Shown here one piece after another: positions 51,194 through 59,597 of a stretch of 64,000 nucleotides of DNA. A program made the position numbers and the translations under genes. The notes beneath the pieces were generated by a model. That model was not told the origin of the DNA, did no database searches, and was given only the letters and a program-made list of their open reading frames with translations. How positions within the stretch are numbered: position 1 is the first letter of the stretch; every line of letters begins with the position of its first letter. Source of the stretch: an uncultured bacterium (GTDB lineage: Bacteria > Hydrothermota > UBA3072); the NCBI GenBank assembly GCA_964525555.1, contig CAZGHN010000007.1, forward strand, positions 63,851 to 127,850, written 5' to 3'.

Positions 51194-51861
51194 AACAATC
51201 GTAACGATAACTTTATGAATCTCATGGTATCAATAAAAGGATTTATATGACTCTTGAATTTTTCAAAATATATAGTTTTAATCGGCACCTCTCCAATAGA
51301 AAAATGAGCTCTTGCGGCTTGTACTATTATTTCCGTCTCCATCTGAAAACGTCCTGTCTTTAAATTAATTTTTTCTAATACATCTTTCTTAATAAAGCGG
51401 TACCCCGATTGACTGTCGTATACCCTAACATTTGCCAAGACTGAAGCAACGAATGAAGTGGTTCTGTTCGCCAAAAAACGTAAAAAAGGCATATCGGAGA
51501 GACTATGTTTCCTTGTTCCTATAATCAAATCGGCTCCCTTTTTCTGATGAAAATCGATAAACGAGGGTATCTCATCAGGGTCATGCTGTCCATCTGCATC
51601 CATTGTTATAACAGCATCATAACCATTTGCAATCGCAAAATCAAATCCAAACCGGAGAGCAACACCCTTACCCTGGTTTGTCCCCTGCCTTAAAACTCTG
51701 CATCGGGCTCTCTCTGCAATGACTGCGGTATTGTCAACAGAACCGTCGTCAACCACCAAAACGTCCTTAAGAGAAACAACCGAAGATAGCCTTTTAAGAA
51801 GCGCGCCTAATCTCTTTCCCTCATTGAAAGCAGGAATAATTACTAAAATCTTCTCTTTCAT
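51184..51861 (-). CDS. GT2 polyprenyl-phosphate glycosyltransferase (DPM1/ArnC-like)
   Basis: ILVIIPAFNEGKRLG...VVDDGSVDNT...DADGQHDPDEIP. Confidence 0.7.
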   Translation of the reverse strand: MKEKILVIIPAFNEGKRLGALLKRLSSVVSLKDVLVVDDGSVDNTAVIAERARCRVLRQGTNQGKGVALRFGFDFAIANGYDAVITMDADGQHDPDEIPSFIDFHQKKGADLIIGTRKHSLSDMPFLRFLANRTTSFVASVLANVRVYDSQSGYRFIKKDVLEKINLKTGRFQMETEIIVQAARAHFSIGEVPIKTIYFEKFKSHINPFIDTMRFIKLSLRLLWH

Positions 51862-52691
51862 AACTTATCGAACAGCAACCACTGGTCGGGATATTTTTTA
51901 ATATATTTTTCTAGTAATTCTACGTATTTTTTTGCGCCTTCTTCAATCTTGCCATCTTTGACTTTAAAAGGCTTCTCAAGATGAACATGATAACGCCCGT
52001 CTTTTTCTCTCGGACCAAAACCGGCAACCACAGGAACTCCTAACTTAGAAGCCAGAAAAAAAGCACCTTTTGGGATTTCTATGTTTCTACCGAACATTTT
52101 GACGGTTACGGTAGAACCTCCGAAATTTCTATCTCCGGCAATCGCCAGGAGGCCTCCGTTTTTCAAAAATCTGACCGGTCCCGAAAAACTTTTCCTAACA
52201 TAAAAAACTTCTATACCTGCCCTTCTTCTGTTCTCTGCATAAATATCTCTCACTACTTCCGTTAAGTATTCTAATGAAATAACCGAAACCCTAAATCCCA
52301 AATAACCTATATAAGTTGCCCCCCATTCGTAATTACCGATATGAGCTGTTAATAAAATAACACCATTGCCTTCTTTGTATGCATCGTAAAGATTATGGAA
52401 GTTTTCTCCCTCAACAAACTTATGATAATTTCTTTTGTTTAGAAGTCTTCCCATTAGAAGCTGTTCGTAAAGGCAAACCGCAAAATTCATGCTCGCTCTT
52501 TTTGAAATTTCAATAAGCTCTTTTTCATCTTTATCTTTAAAAACGATCTTTAAATTCGATAAATGATTAAACAATCCTCTTTTATAGATTGAAAAGTACC
52601 CAAGTCGTCCACAACCTCTGGCAACTAGGGCCCCTAAACCTTTTGGCAAAATACACGCTAAAATTGTAAAAAATTTATATATAAAATTCAT
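51858..52691 (-). CDS. Lysophospholipid/lipid A acyltransferase (LpxL/HtrB family)
   Basis: 277 aa; family-typical GILLTAHIGNYEW and RNFGGS regions. Confidence 0.55.
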   Translation of the reverse strand: MNFIYKFFTILACILPKGLGALVARGCGRLGYFSIYKRGLFNHLSNLKIVFKDKDEKELIEISKRASMNFAVCLYEQLLMGRLLNKRNYHKFVEGENFHNLYDAYKEGNGVILLTAHIGNYEWGATYIGYLGFRVSVISLEYLTEVVRDIYAENRRRAGIEVFYVRKSFSGPVRFLKNGGLLAIAGDRNFGGSTVTVKMFGRNIEIPKGAFFLASKLGVPVVAGFGPREKDGRYHVHLEKPFKVKDGKIEEGAKKYVELLEKYIKKYPDQWLLFDKL

Positions 52692-52728
52692 TTAAAAGAG
52701 CAAACATTCCCCTCACAAGCAAATAACC

Positions 52729-52803
52729 TCGGGGCGAGTGGATTCGAACCACCGACCTCCAGCACCCCAAGCTGGCGCGCTTACCAACCTGCGCTACGCC
52801 CCG
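52729..52803 (-). tRNA. tRNA-Pro (anticodon GGG)
   Basis: Reverse complement CGGGGCGTAGCGCAGGTTGGTAAGCGCGCCAGCTTGGGGTGCTGGAGGTCGGTGGTTCGAATCCACTCGCCCCGA. Confidence 0.88.
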
Positions 52804-52990
52804 TTACCCTGAATATATTAAAAAATTATTCATCTGCAAGGGGTCTTGGGAAACCCTAGATTACACAACCACAAAAAAAATAATTTAACCACAGAGAAAT
52901 ACGACACTTCTTAGTGTCTACTTGTAAATTGCAAGTTGTAAATTGTAAATTTAGAAACAGAATGAGAACGCAGATTAACAGGATTTATTC

Positions 52991-53120
52991 TTGTTGTTTA
53001 AAACCAAAACCACAACCCACGAAATAGCCACGGATTAAAACGGATCTTCTTGTTTGTTTTAACTACTCTCCACTCTCTACATTCAACCAATAAACTAATA
53101 CACTAATTAACCAATCAACT
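52991..53120. repeat. Intergenic repeat element, copy B
   Basis: Aligns with 20243-20378; followed by gggTTGACAaaa promoter-like sequence and the ATG of the downstream membrane protein. Confidence 0.8.
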
Positions 53121-53185
53121 GATTCGTCGATTTTACGAATCTAACTTGGGTTGACAAAATTTCTGCATATCAATATCTTCCAAAT

Positions 53186-54538
53186 ATGAAAAAAATACTT
53201 TTATTATTTTTTATTTTACAGATCGCACTACTTTTTATATTTTATCCTGAATTCTACGGAATTCACGATGAAGACGCATATCTTACAACAGCCTATTCCC
53301 TGCAGCATGGCTCTTTTTTTTACGAAGAAACAATCAGTTCTGATTTTTTTGAAAAAGTTAACAACGGGGCTTTATCCCTATATCCTCCTGGTAATTCCTT
53401 ACTTCTTATTCCATTTACTTCGATTCACTGGAGATTTGGTTTTCTAAAAAACATTCTACTGTATATAGGAAGTTTTTTACTTTTTCTTCTTATTTTGAAA
53501 AAATTAAATATCGACCCGGTTTTCTCTTTATTTCTTTTATTTCACCCGACAATACTTTTGTATTCCCGAACTTTAATGAGCGACATTCCATCTATGTTCT
53601 TTCTTTTATTAGCAGTCTTTCTTTTACTTGACAAAAAGAATATTGCTGCGGGTTTTTCGCTGGGTTTTCTTATTTTACTTCGATATCCAAACCTAATTAT
53701 AATACTTGGTATTCTTATAGCTCTCCTTTATAAAAAAGAATATAGAAAAGCTCTTCTTATCTGTCCTGGAATTGCTTTTTTCTTTTTCCTTCTTCTATTC
53801 TATTTTCTGTATGCCTTCGGTTCTTTTCTCGGGCCCACTTCTTTTGGACTGGGTTTCTTCCATCCTAAATATATTCTTTATAAATTACCCTACTATTTTG
53901 TAACTTTAAACATCTTATATCCGGGGTTATTGCTGGGGACAATATTTTTTGGGGTTAAAAATAAAAAACTTTCCCTCTTTGTTATTCCTTCTTTAATTCT
54001 AATTACATTTTATTCGTTTTATTACTATATTGACGGAGGAAACAACATTATTGAAAAATTAATCAAGAGTCAGCGATTCATGATTCCTATAATTCCTTTT
54101 CTTCTTATACCTTACTTAGATTTTCTTCAAAATAAAAAATTTGCAAAGAAAGTATTTGTATTTTCCATTCCCTTGCTATTTATTTTTAACTGCGGAATAC
54201 AATATAAACACCAGCAATTTGTTAGAACAGAGAAACTTGCTAGTCTAATTCTACAGGAAAAGATTAAAGATACGGATATTATACTTTGCAACTCTGATAC
54301 AGATAAACTGTTGAATCCCTATTTCAGCAGAACAAGAATTAGAGGGTTGTCTGAAATAAGGAAACAAAACTTAGATTCATTAAAAAACGATTATAATGTC
54401 TCTTTTGTATTTGTGGAACTAAAACGCGGAAAGAGTTATGATAAAAAAATAATATGGGTAGAGTATTTTACAGAAAAAGGCTTCACGATTTCCTTCGAAT
54501 CACAAACCCCTATACCAATTACTATAATGACTGAGTGA
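53186..54538 (+). CDS. GT-C-fold membrane glycosyltransferase (ArnT/PMT-like)
   Basis: ~12 TM; first periplasmic loop carries HDEDAY (DE motif of GT-C enzymes). Confidence 0.45.
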   Translation: MKKILLLFFILQIALLFIFYPEFYGIHDEDAYLTTAYSLQHGSFFYEETISSDFFEKVNNGALSLYPPGNSLLLIPFTSIHWRFGFLKNILLYIGSFLLFLLILKKLNIDPVFSLFLLFHPTILLYSRTLMSDIPSMFFLLLAVFLLLDKKNIAAGFSLGFLILLRYPNLIIILGILIALLYKKEYRKALLICPGIAFFFFLLLFYFLYAFGSFLGPTSFGLGFFHPKYILYKLPYYFVTLNILYPGLLLGTIFFGVKNKKLSLFVIPSLILITFYSFYYYIDGGNNIIEKLIKSQRFMIPIIPFLLIPYLDFLQNKKFAKKVFVFSIPLLFIFNCGIQYKHQQFVRTEKLASLILQEKIKDTDIILCNSDTDKLLNPYFSRTRIRGLSEIRKQNLDSLKNDYNVSFVFVELKRGKSYDKKIIWVEYFTEKGFTISFESQTPIPITIMTE

Positions 54539-54570
54539 TTTTACATCAATAGAATCAACGTAAAGATACT

Positions 54571-55914
54571 TCACTCAATAAATCTACGAGACATAGTTTT
54601 ATTCCAGGAACTCAAACACGCGAAAATTATTATAGGCAATAATGGCATAGCAAACCTGGAAGCTCCTGATGGGCCTGTTGCGAGTACAATATAACCCACT
54701 AAAATAAAAATTAAAATGCGGAGTTCGACTTTTACTTTTTTATTTGCAAAGAAGAAAACTAACCCAAGAAACTTCAGAAGATTAAAAAGCAAAATAATTA
54801 TAAGCGTCAAAACAAGAAAAAGAGATTGTTCCTTAAGATATGAAAACACACCCCTGTAACCGTATTTTGAGTAATAATAAAGCATTCCCTTGGTTTCTGA
54901 ATTTTTAAACCCAAAATAATTCTGAAGGTCAAATCTCCCGGGATCTACCAAGAAATTTATCCCTCCCTTTAAATGGAATATCGAATACTTCAGAGCGTTT
55001 TCCTTTATAAGAATATTTAACGTCTGTTGTTTAACATACTGACTTTTCTCTTTATACGAAGACAGTTTTCCTGCTTCTTCACCTATTTCTTCAATGGTTT
55101 TATTTGCAAACTTTTCACCTTTACTATTCATAAGAAAATAATAAGCATTATAGTTCAATAAATTTATTTTTTGAATACTTGAATAATTGAAATAACCGGT
55201 TCTTTGGTAATTCCATCCACAATAAATAAGAACAAACGCAATCGGAACTATACCTGTTAGCATAAACTTTACCTCTTTCTTCTTAAAAGTTAAATAAATC
55301 AAGAAGAAGAAATTTGGGATTATGAATAAATATAGTACCGGCTTAGTTAACAAAGCTAGAATCAAGAAAACATTATAAAAAACTAAATATTTGAAATCTT
55401 CATTATCGAAGTACAGCACAAAAAAGAAAAACATTAGAATCAAAAAGGTTTGAAACAGTATTTCGCACATTATAAGATTGGCATAAATAAATTGAGAAGG
55501 AGTAAAAATTAGCAACAACAGAACTAACAGATAGTTATTCACATTAAATTTCTCCGCAAGTTTAATCAATATAAATATATTGATTAAACTCAACAATGAT
55601 TGAAAAAATAATATAAGGAAATCAGATTTACTTATAAACTTAAAAAACATAATAAATAAAGGATATAGAGGAGGACGTTTCGTAAGCAAATCAGGATTGA
55701 AGGGCTCTTCTTTGCCTCCACAGTAGAAGTAAAAATCTTCTTTAATATTATCGGCCATTTTTAAATATTCAAAAGAATCAACTAGATACAGATTCTTATT
55801 CTTAACCTGTATAGAAAAAAATAATATATGCGTCAAAACTATTAATAACCAGAAGATGTGTTTCTTATTCAAAATATTTTTTGGTCTCGATTTACGAAGG
55901 TAATAATTTATCAT
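54571..55914 (-). CDS. GT-C-fold membrane glycosyltransferase (ArnT/PMT-like), second paralogue
   Basis: Polytopic; DSFEY...DNIKED in first loop; convergent with the preceding gene. Confidence 0.4.
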   Translation of the reverse strand: MINYYLRKSRPKNILNKKHIFWLLIVLTHILFFSIQVKNKNLYLVDSFEYLKMADNIKEDFYFYCGGKEEPFNPDLLTKRPPLYPLFIMFFKFISKSDFLILFFQSLLSLINIFILIKLAEKFNVNNYLLVLLLLIFTPSQFIYANLIMCEILFQTFLILMFFFFVLYFDNEDFKYLVFYNVFLILALLTKPVLYLFIIPNFFFLIYLTFKKKEVKFMLTGIVPIAFVLIYCGWNYQRTGYFNYSSIQKINLLNYNAYYFLMNSKGEKFANKTIEEIGEEAGKLSSYKEKSQYVKQQTLNILIKENALKYSIFHLKGGINFLVDPGRFDLQNYFGFKNSETKGMLYYYSKYGYRGVFSYLKEQSLFLVLTLIIILLFNLLKFLGLVFFFANKKVKVELRILIFILVGYIVLATGPSGASRFAMPLLPIIIFACLSSWNKTMSRRFIE

Positions 55915-56178
55915 AATTCAAATCTTAACAGTAACAAAAATTTTGTCAAGAGAACCATATACAACACACTACAAACCCATCAAAATCTTTTCTTTCTTTA
56001 CGTTTTAACCCTGAACTCAAGACCCATGGCTCAAGACTGAAATTCCCCCCCTTGACAGATTAACAAAATCCATTAAAATCCCCAAGGGTTAAAAATAGGA
56101 TGGCAGAATATTCATTAAAACCTGAATTTTATTCATCAATTTTTCGACTTCCCAAAAAATAAAATTAGGAGGTGAATA

Positions 56179-58050
56179 TTGTCTTCAAACTTTTTAAAAG
56201 AAAGACTGGAAAGTAAACAATACGATAAGCTCATGCGTATAGACAATCCCGAGCTGCATGAATTTATCGCTAAATATATCCAGCACTGTAATCCTGAAAA
56301 AGTCTTCGTATGTACCGATTCCGAAGAAGATATTCAATATATAAGAGAAATGACCGTTACAAACGGAGAAGAAATCCCGCTCGCTGCAGAAAATCATACA
56401 ATTCATTTTGACAACTATAAAGACCAGGCAAGAGACAAACAAAATACAAAGATATTGCTTTCCGAAGGCGTAGAACTGGACAAGGCAATAAACACAGCCC
56501 CCAGGAAAGAATCTCTTGAAGAAATTCATGCGATTATGAAAGACATAATGAAGGGGAAAGAAGTATACGTTCGATTTTTCTGTCTGGGACCGACAAATTC
56601 GGATTTCTCACAGCCTGTTATGCAGATGACCGACTCCGCTTATGTAGCTCACAGTGAAGATTTACTCTACAGGCAGGGATTTGAAGAGTTTGTGCGCCAG
56701 GGAAGAGACGCACGATTTTTTAAAATCGTTCACTCTGCAGGAGAACTTGACGAAAGAAATACAAGTAAAAACTTAGATAAACGCCGCGTGTATATAGACC
56801 TTGAAGAAGATACAGTATACAGCGCTAATACTCAATACGGCGGAAATACAATAGGACTTAAAAAACTCTCGATGCGTCTTGCCATTTACAGGGGAATAAG
56901 AGAAGGATGGCTAACCGAACATATGCTCATCATGGGAGTTCACGGACATAACGGCAGAGTAACTTATTTAACCGGTGCATTTCCTTCACTATGCGGAAAA
57001 ACATCCACTTCGATGCTCGATAATGAAACCGTTGTCGGCGATGACATAGCCTATTTAAGAAAGAAAGATGGAAGAGTCCGCGCTGTAAACGTCGAAAAAG
57101 GAGTATTCGGAATTATTATGGGTGTCAACTCAAAAGACGACCCTATAATATGGAATGCATTGCACTCTGACGCGGAAATAATAGTGTCTAACATCCTGAT
57201 GACTCCCGAGGGAGGAATACACTGGATCGGGAAGGACGGCGAAATCCCCGAAAAGGGAATCAACCATTCCGGAGAATGGTATAAAGGCAAAAAAGACGAG
57301 AACGGAAAAGAAATCACCGTTTCACACCGTAACGCCCGTTTCACCATATCTCTGGAAAACTTCGACAATCTCGACCCGACATTACACGACGTGGAAGGTG
57401 TTGAAGTAGGAGGTATGGTTTACGGAGGAAGAGACTCGGATACATGGGTACCGATAAAAGAAGCTCTTGATTGGGCTCACGGTATAATAGCATACGGAGC
57501 ATCTTTAGAATCGGAAACCACTGCAGCAACATTGGGAAAAGAAGGAGTAAGAAAATTCAATCCTATGTCAAACCTCGATTTCCTTTCCATCCCTCTAAGA
57601 GACTACATAAACGCAAATCTGGACTTTGCAAAGGGGTTAGAAAAAGAGCCAGGCATATTCGCAGTTAATTACTTCCTCAAGGACAAGGAGGGTAATTTTC
57701 TCAACTCAAGAGAGGACAAGAAAGTCTGGTACAAATGGGCTGAACTTCGAATAAACGGAGATGTAGATGCGATTAACGGCCCAACCGGACGTATTCCCAG
57801 ATACGAAGACATAAAGAAACTCTTTAAAGAAGTTATAAATAAAGATTTTACTGAGGAAGACTATAACGAACAATTCAAAATAAGAGTAAAAGAAAATATC
57901 GCAAAGATCGATAGAATCGAGGAAATCTACAAAACACAAGTAGTAAACGCCCCGAAAATCGTTTTTGATGTTCTTGAAGAACAACGCAAGAGACTCCTCG
58001 AAGCCCAGGCAAAACATGGAGATTATATTCTTCCAGGGCAGTTGGGATAA
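56179..58050 (+). CDS. pckG: Phosphoenolpyruvate carboxykinase (GTP)
   Basis: GAFPSLCGKTSTSM (kinase-1a), 623 aa; TTG start preceded by AGGAGGTG SD at 56167-56174. Confidence 0.88.
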   Translation: MSSNFLKERLESKQYDKLMRIDNPELHEFIAKYIQHCNPEKVFVCTDSEEDIQYIREMTVTNGEEIPLAAENHTIHFDNYKDQARDKQNTKILLSEGVELDKAINTAPRKESLEEIHAIMKDIMKGKEVYVRFFCLGPTNSDFSQPVMQMTDSAYVAHSEDLLYRQGFEEFVRQGRDARFFKIVHSAGELDERNTSKNLDKRRVYIDLEEDTVYSANTQYGGNTIGLKKLSMRLAIYRGIREGWLTEHMLIMGVHGHNGRVTYLTGAFPSLCGKTSTSMLDNETVVGDDIAYLRKKDGRVRAVNVEKGVFGIIMGVNSKDDPIIWNALHSDAEIIVSNILMTPEGGIHWIGKDGEIPEKGINHSGEWYKGKKDENGKEITVSHRNARFTISLENFDNLDPTLHDVEGVEVGGMVYGGRDSDTWVPIKEALDWAHGIIAYGASLESETTAATLGKEGVRKFNPMSNLDFLSIPLRDYINANLDFAKGLEKEPGIFAVNYFLKDKEGNFLNSREDKKVWYKWAELRINGDVDAINGPTGRIPRYEDIKKLFKEVINKDFTEEDYNEQFKIRVKENIAKIDRIEEIYKTQVVNAPKIVFDVLEEQRKRLLEAQAKHGDYILPGQLG

Positions 58051-58150
58051 AAAACTGATTCTCACACGGAGACACAGAGAACACAGAGAATTTTTTTGTT
58101 ATTTTTAACTGCCGTTAGCCGTAAGCGGTGAGCCGAGAGCTATTTCAATT

Positions 58151-59149
58151 TTAAAAATGAATTATACCAATTCGTCCGCTGACACCGTGCCCATCGAGAG
58201 CTATAACTGAGACGACCTCATCATTCGAACCATTGATAACGCTTATGTTATTACTATAAGTATTGCCTACATATATCTTGTTTGTTTCCGGATCTACTCC
58301 AAGACCCTCAGGATGACTTCCAACTGTTATAGTTTTTATTATTGAATTTGTACTCCCATCGATCACATTTACATTGTCATCCCCGACGTTTGTCACATAA
58401 ATTTTGTTTGTTTCCGTATTTACACAAACCTCATAAGGTTCTGCTCCAACACTAAGGGTAGCTATTAGAGTATCCGCGTGACCATCTATAACACTCAAGG
58501 TACTATCATTCGTATTAGCCACATAAATCTTATTTGTTTTAGGATTCACGCATATACCCAAAGGACCGTCTCCAACATCTATGGTATCGATAACTGAATT
58601 TGTAACACCATTAATAACACTGACGTTATCATTAATATTATTTGTTACATAAATCTTGTTTGTCCCTGTGTTTACATCTACTCCCGTAGGCGTATATCCA
58701 ATATTTATAGTAGTTATAATAGTATCCGCAGCACCATCAATAATACTAATATCTTCGACTCCTATACCCCCACCGTTTGCCACATAAATTATATTTGTGT
58801 CAGAGTTAATACCTATTCCTTTGGGAGCGTTACCAACATCCACGGTAGCAATTACCGAATCCCCTAAAGCATCGATTACCCCAACCTTATTAATATAAGA
58901 GAGACTTACGTATATCTTTTTTGTTTTCGGGTTCACGCCTAACCCGTCCGAAAGAAAACTACCCATACTTATAGTCTTAATAAGCGAATCTCCTACCCCA
59001 TCGATCACTTTAACGTTACCGTAAGTAGTGTTTACCCCATAAATTTTTACCGTATATGTGAGAGTATCGGGTCCTTCAGGTCCCTCAGGTCCGGTTGAAG
59101 ATCTTTTACAGGTTACGAGAATCAGAAAAAATATCACAAAGAAAACCAA
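58151..59149 (-). CDS. Secreted YVTN-family beta-propeller repeat protein
   Basis: Signal peptide; GPEGPEGPD tripeptide repeats; repeated NKIYV(T/A)N...VIDG blades. Confidence 0.65.
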   Translation of the reverse strand: MVFFVIFFLILVTCKRSSTGPEGPEGPDTLTYTVKIYGVNTTYGNVKVIDGVGDSLIKTISMGSFLSDGLGVNPKTKKIYVSLSYINKVGVIDALGDSVIATVDVGNAPKGIGINSDTNIIYVANGGGIGVEDISIIDGAADTIITTINIGYTPTGVDVNTGTNKIYVTNNINDNVSVINGVTNSVIDTIDVGDGPLGICVNPKTNKIYVANTNDSTLSVIDGHADTLIATLSVGAEPYEVCVNTETNKIYVTNVGDDNVNVIDGSTNSIIKTITVGSHPEGLGVDPETNKIYVGNTYSNNISVINGSNDEVVSVIALDGHGVSGRIGIIHF

Positions 59150-59261
59150 TAAAATCTTTTTAATAAATACCTCCTGCTTTATTGAAAACTCTTATATAAT
59201 TAAACATAATTTATCTCAAAAAATTGTCAAGTACGTATACCAAATAAATTAGTCCAAAATC

Positions 59262-59390
59262 AGTAATCGTTAGATCGTTAGGCGGTTAGGTCGTTAGGTG
59301 GTTTAAAAATCCCGATCCAACGAACCAACTAACATTGACCTAGCACCTAATTTTCCGATCCAACGAACCAACGACCTAACGATCCAACGA
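59262..59390. repeat. Short-repeat array of CGTTAGG / CCAACGA 7-8-mers in opposed orientation upstream of the tRNA-Glu/Gln genes
   Basis: Left arm atCGTTAGgcGGTTAGGtCGTTAGGtggtt; right arm direct repeat CGATCCAACGAACCAAC x2 then CCTAACGATCCAACGATT; the two arms are imperfect reverse complements. Confidence 0.7.
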
Positions 59391-59436
59391 TTATAATCTT
59401 GACAAACTTGTAACTTTTTATATTTTCTTAAGGAAT

Positions 59437-59514
59437 GGCCCCATCGTCTAGCCTGGCCCAGGATATATGGTTCTCAGCCATAAGACAGGGGTTCAAATCC
59501 CCTTGGGGCTACCA
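59437..59514 (+). tRNA. tRNA-Glu (anticodon CTC), CCA encoded
   Basis: GGCCCCATCGTCTAGCCTGGCCCAGGATATATGGTTCTCAGCCATAAGACAGGGGTTCAAATCCCCTTGGGGCTACCA; architecture parallels E. coli tRNA-Glu. Confidence 0.88.
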
Positions 59515-59523
59515 TATTCTTAC

Positions 59524-59597
59524 TGGGGTGTCGTCTAATGGCAAGGCCCAGGACTCTGGATCCTGTTATCGGGGTTCGAATCCCTGCACCCCAGCCA
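59524..59597 (+). tRNA. tRNA-Gln (anticodon CTG), CCA encoded
   Basis: TGGGGTGTCGTCTAATGGCAAGGCCCAGGACTCTGGATCCTGTTATCGGGGTTCGAATCCCTGCACCCCAGCCA. Confidence 0.88.

Noticed and set aside
58051-58150. Rho-independent terminator after pckG
   Set aside because: A T-run is present (after ...CACAGAGAATTTTTTTG) but I could not fold a convincing GC-rich stem from the preceding CACAGAGA words; left as unresolved rather than called.
59262-59390. CRISPR array
   Set aside because: The repeats are 7-8 bp with no regular spacers, in opposed orientation; nothing like 24-48 bp repeat-spacer periodicity, and no cas genes.
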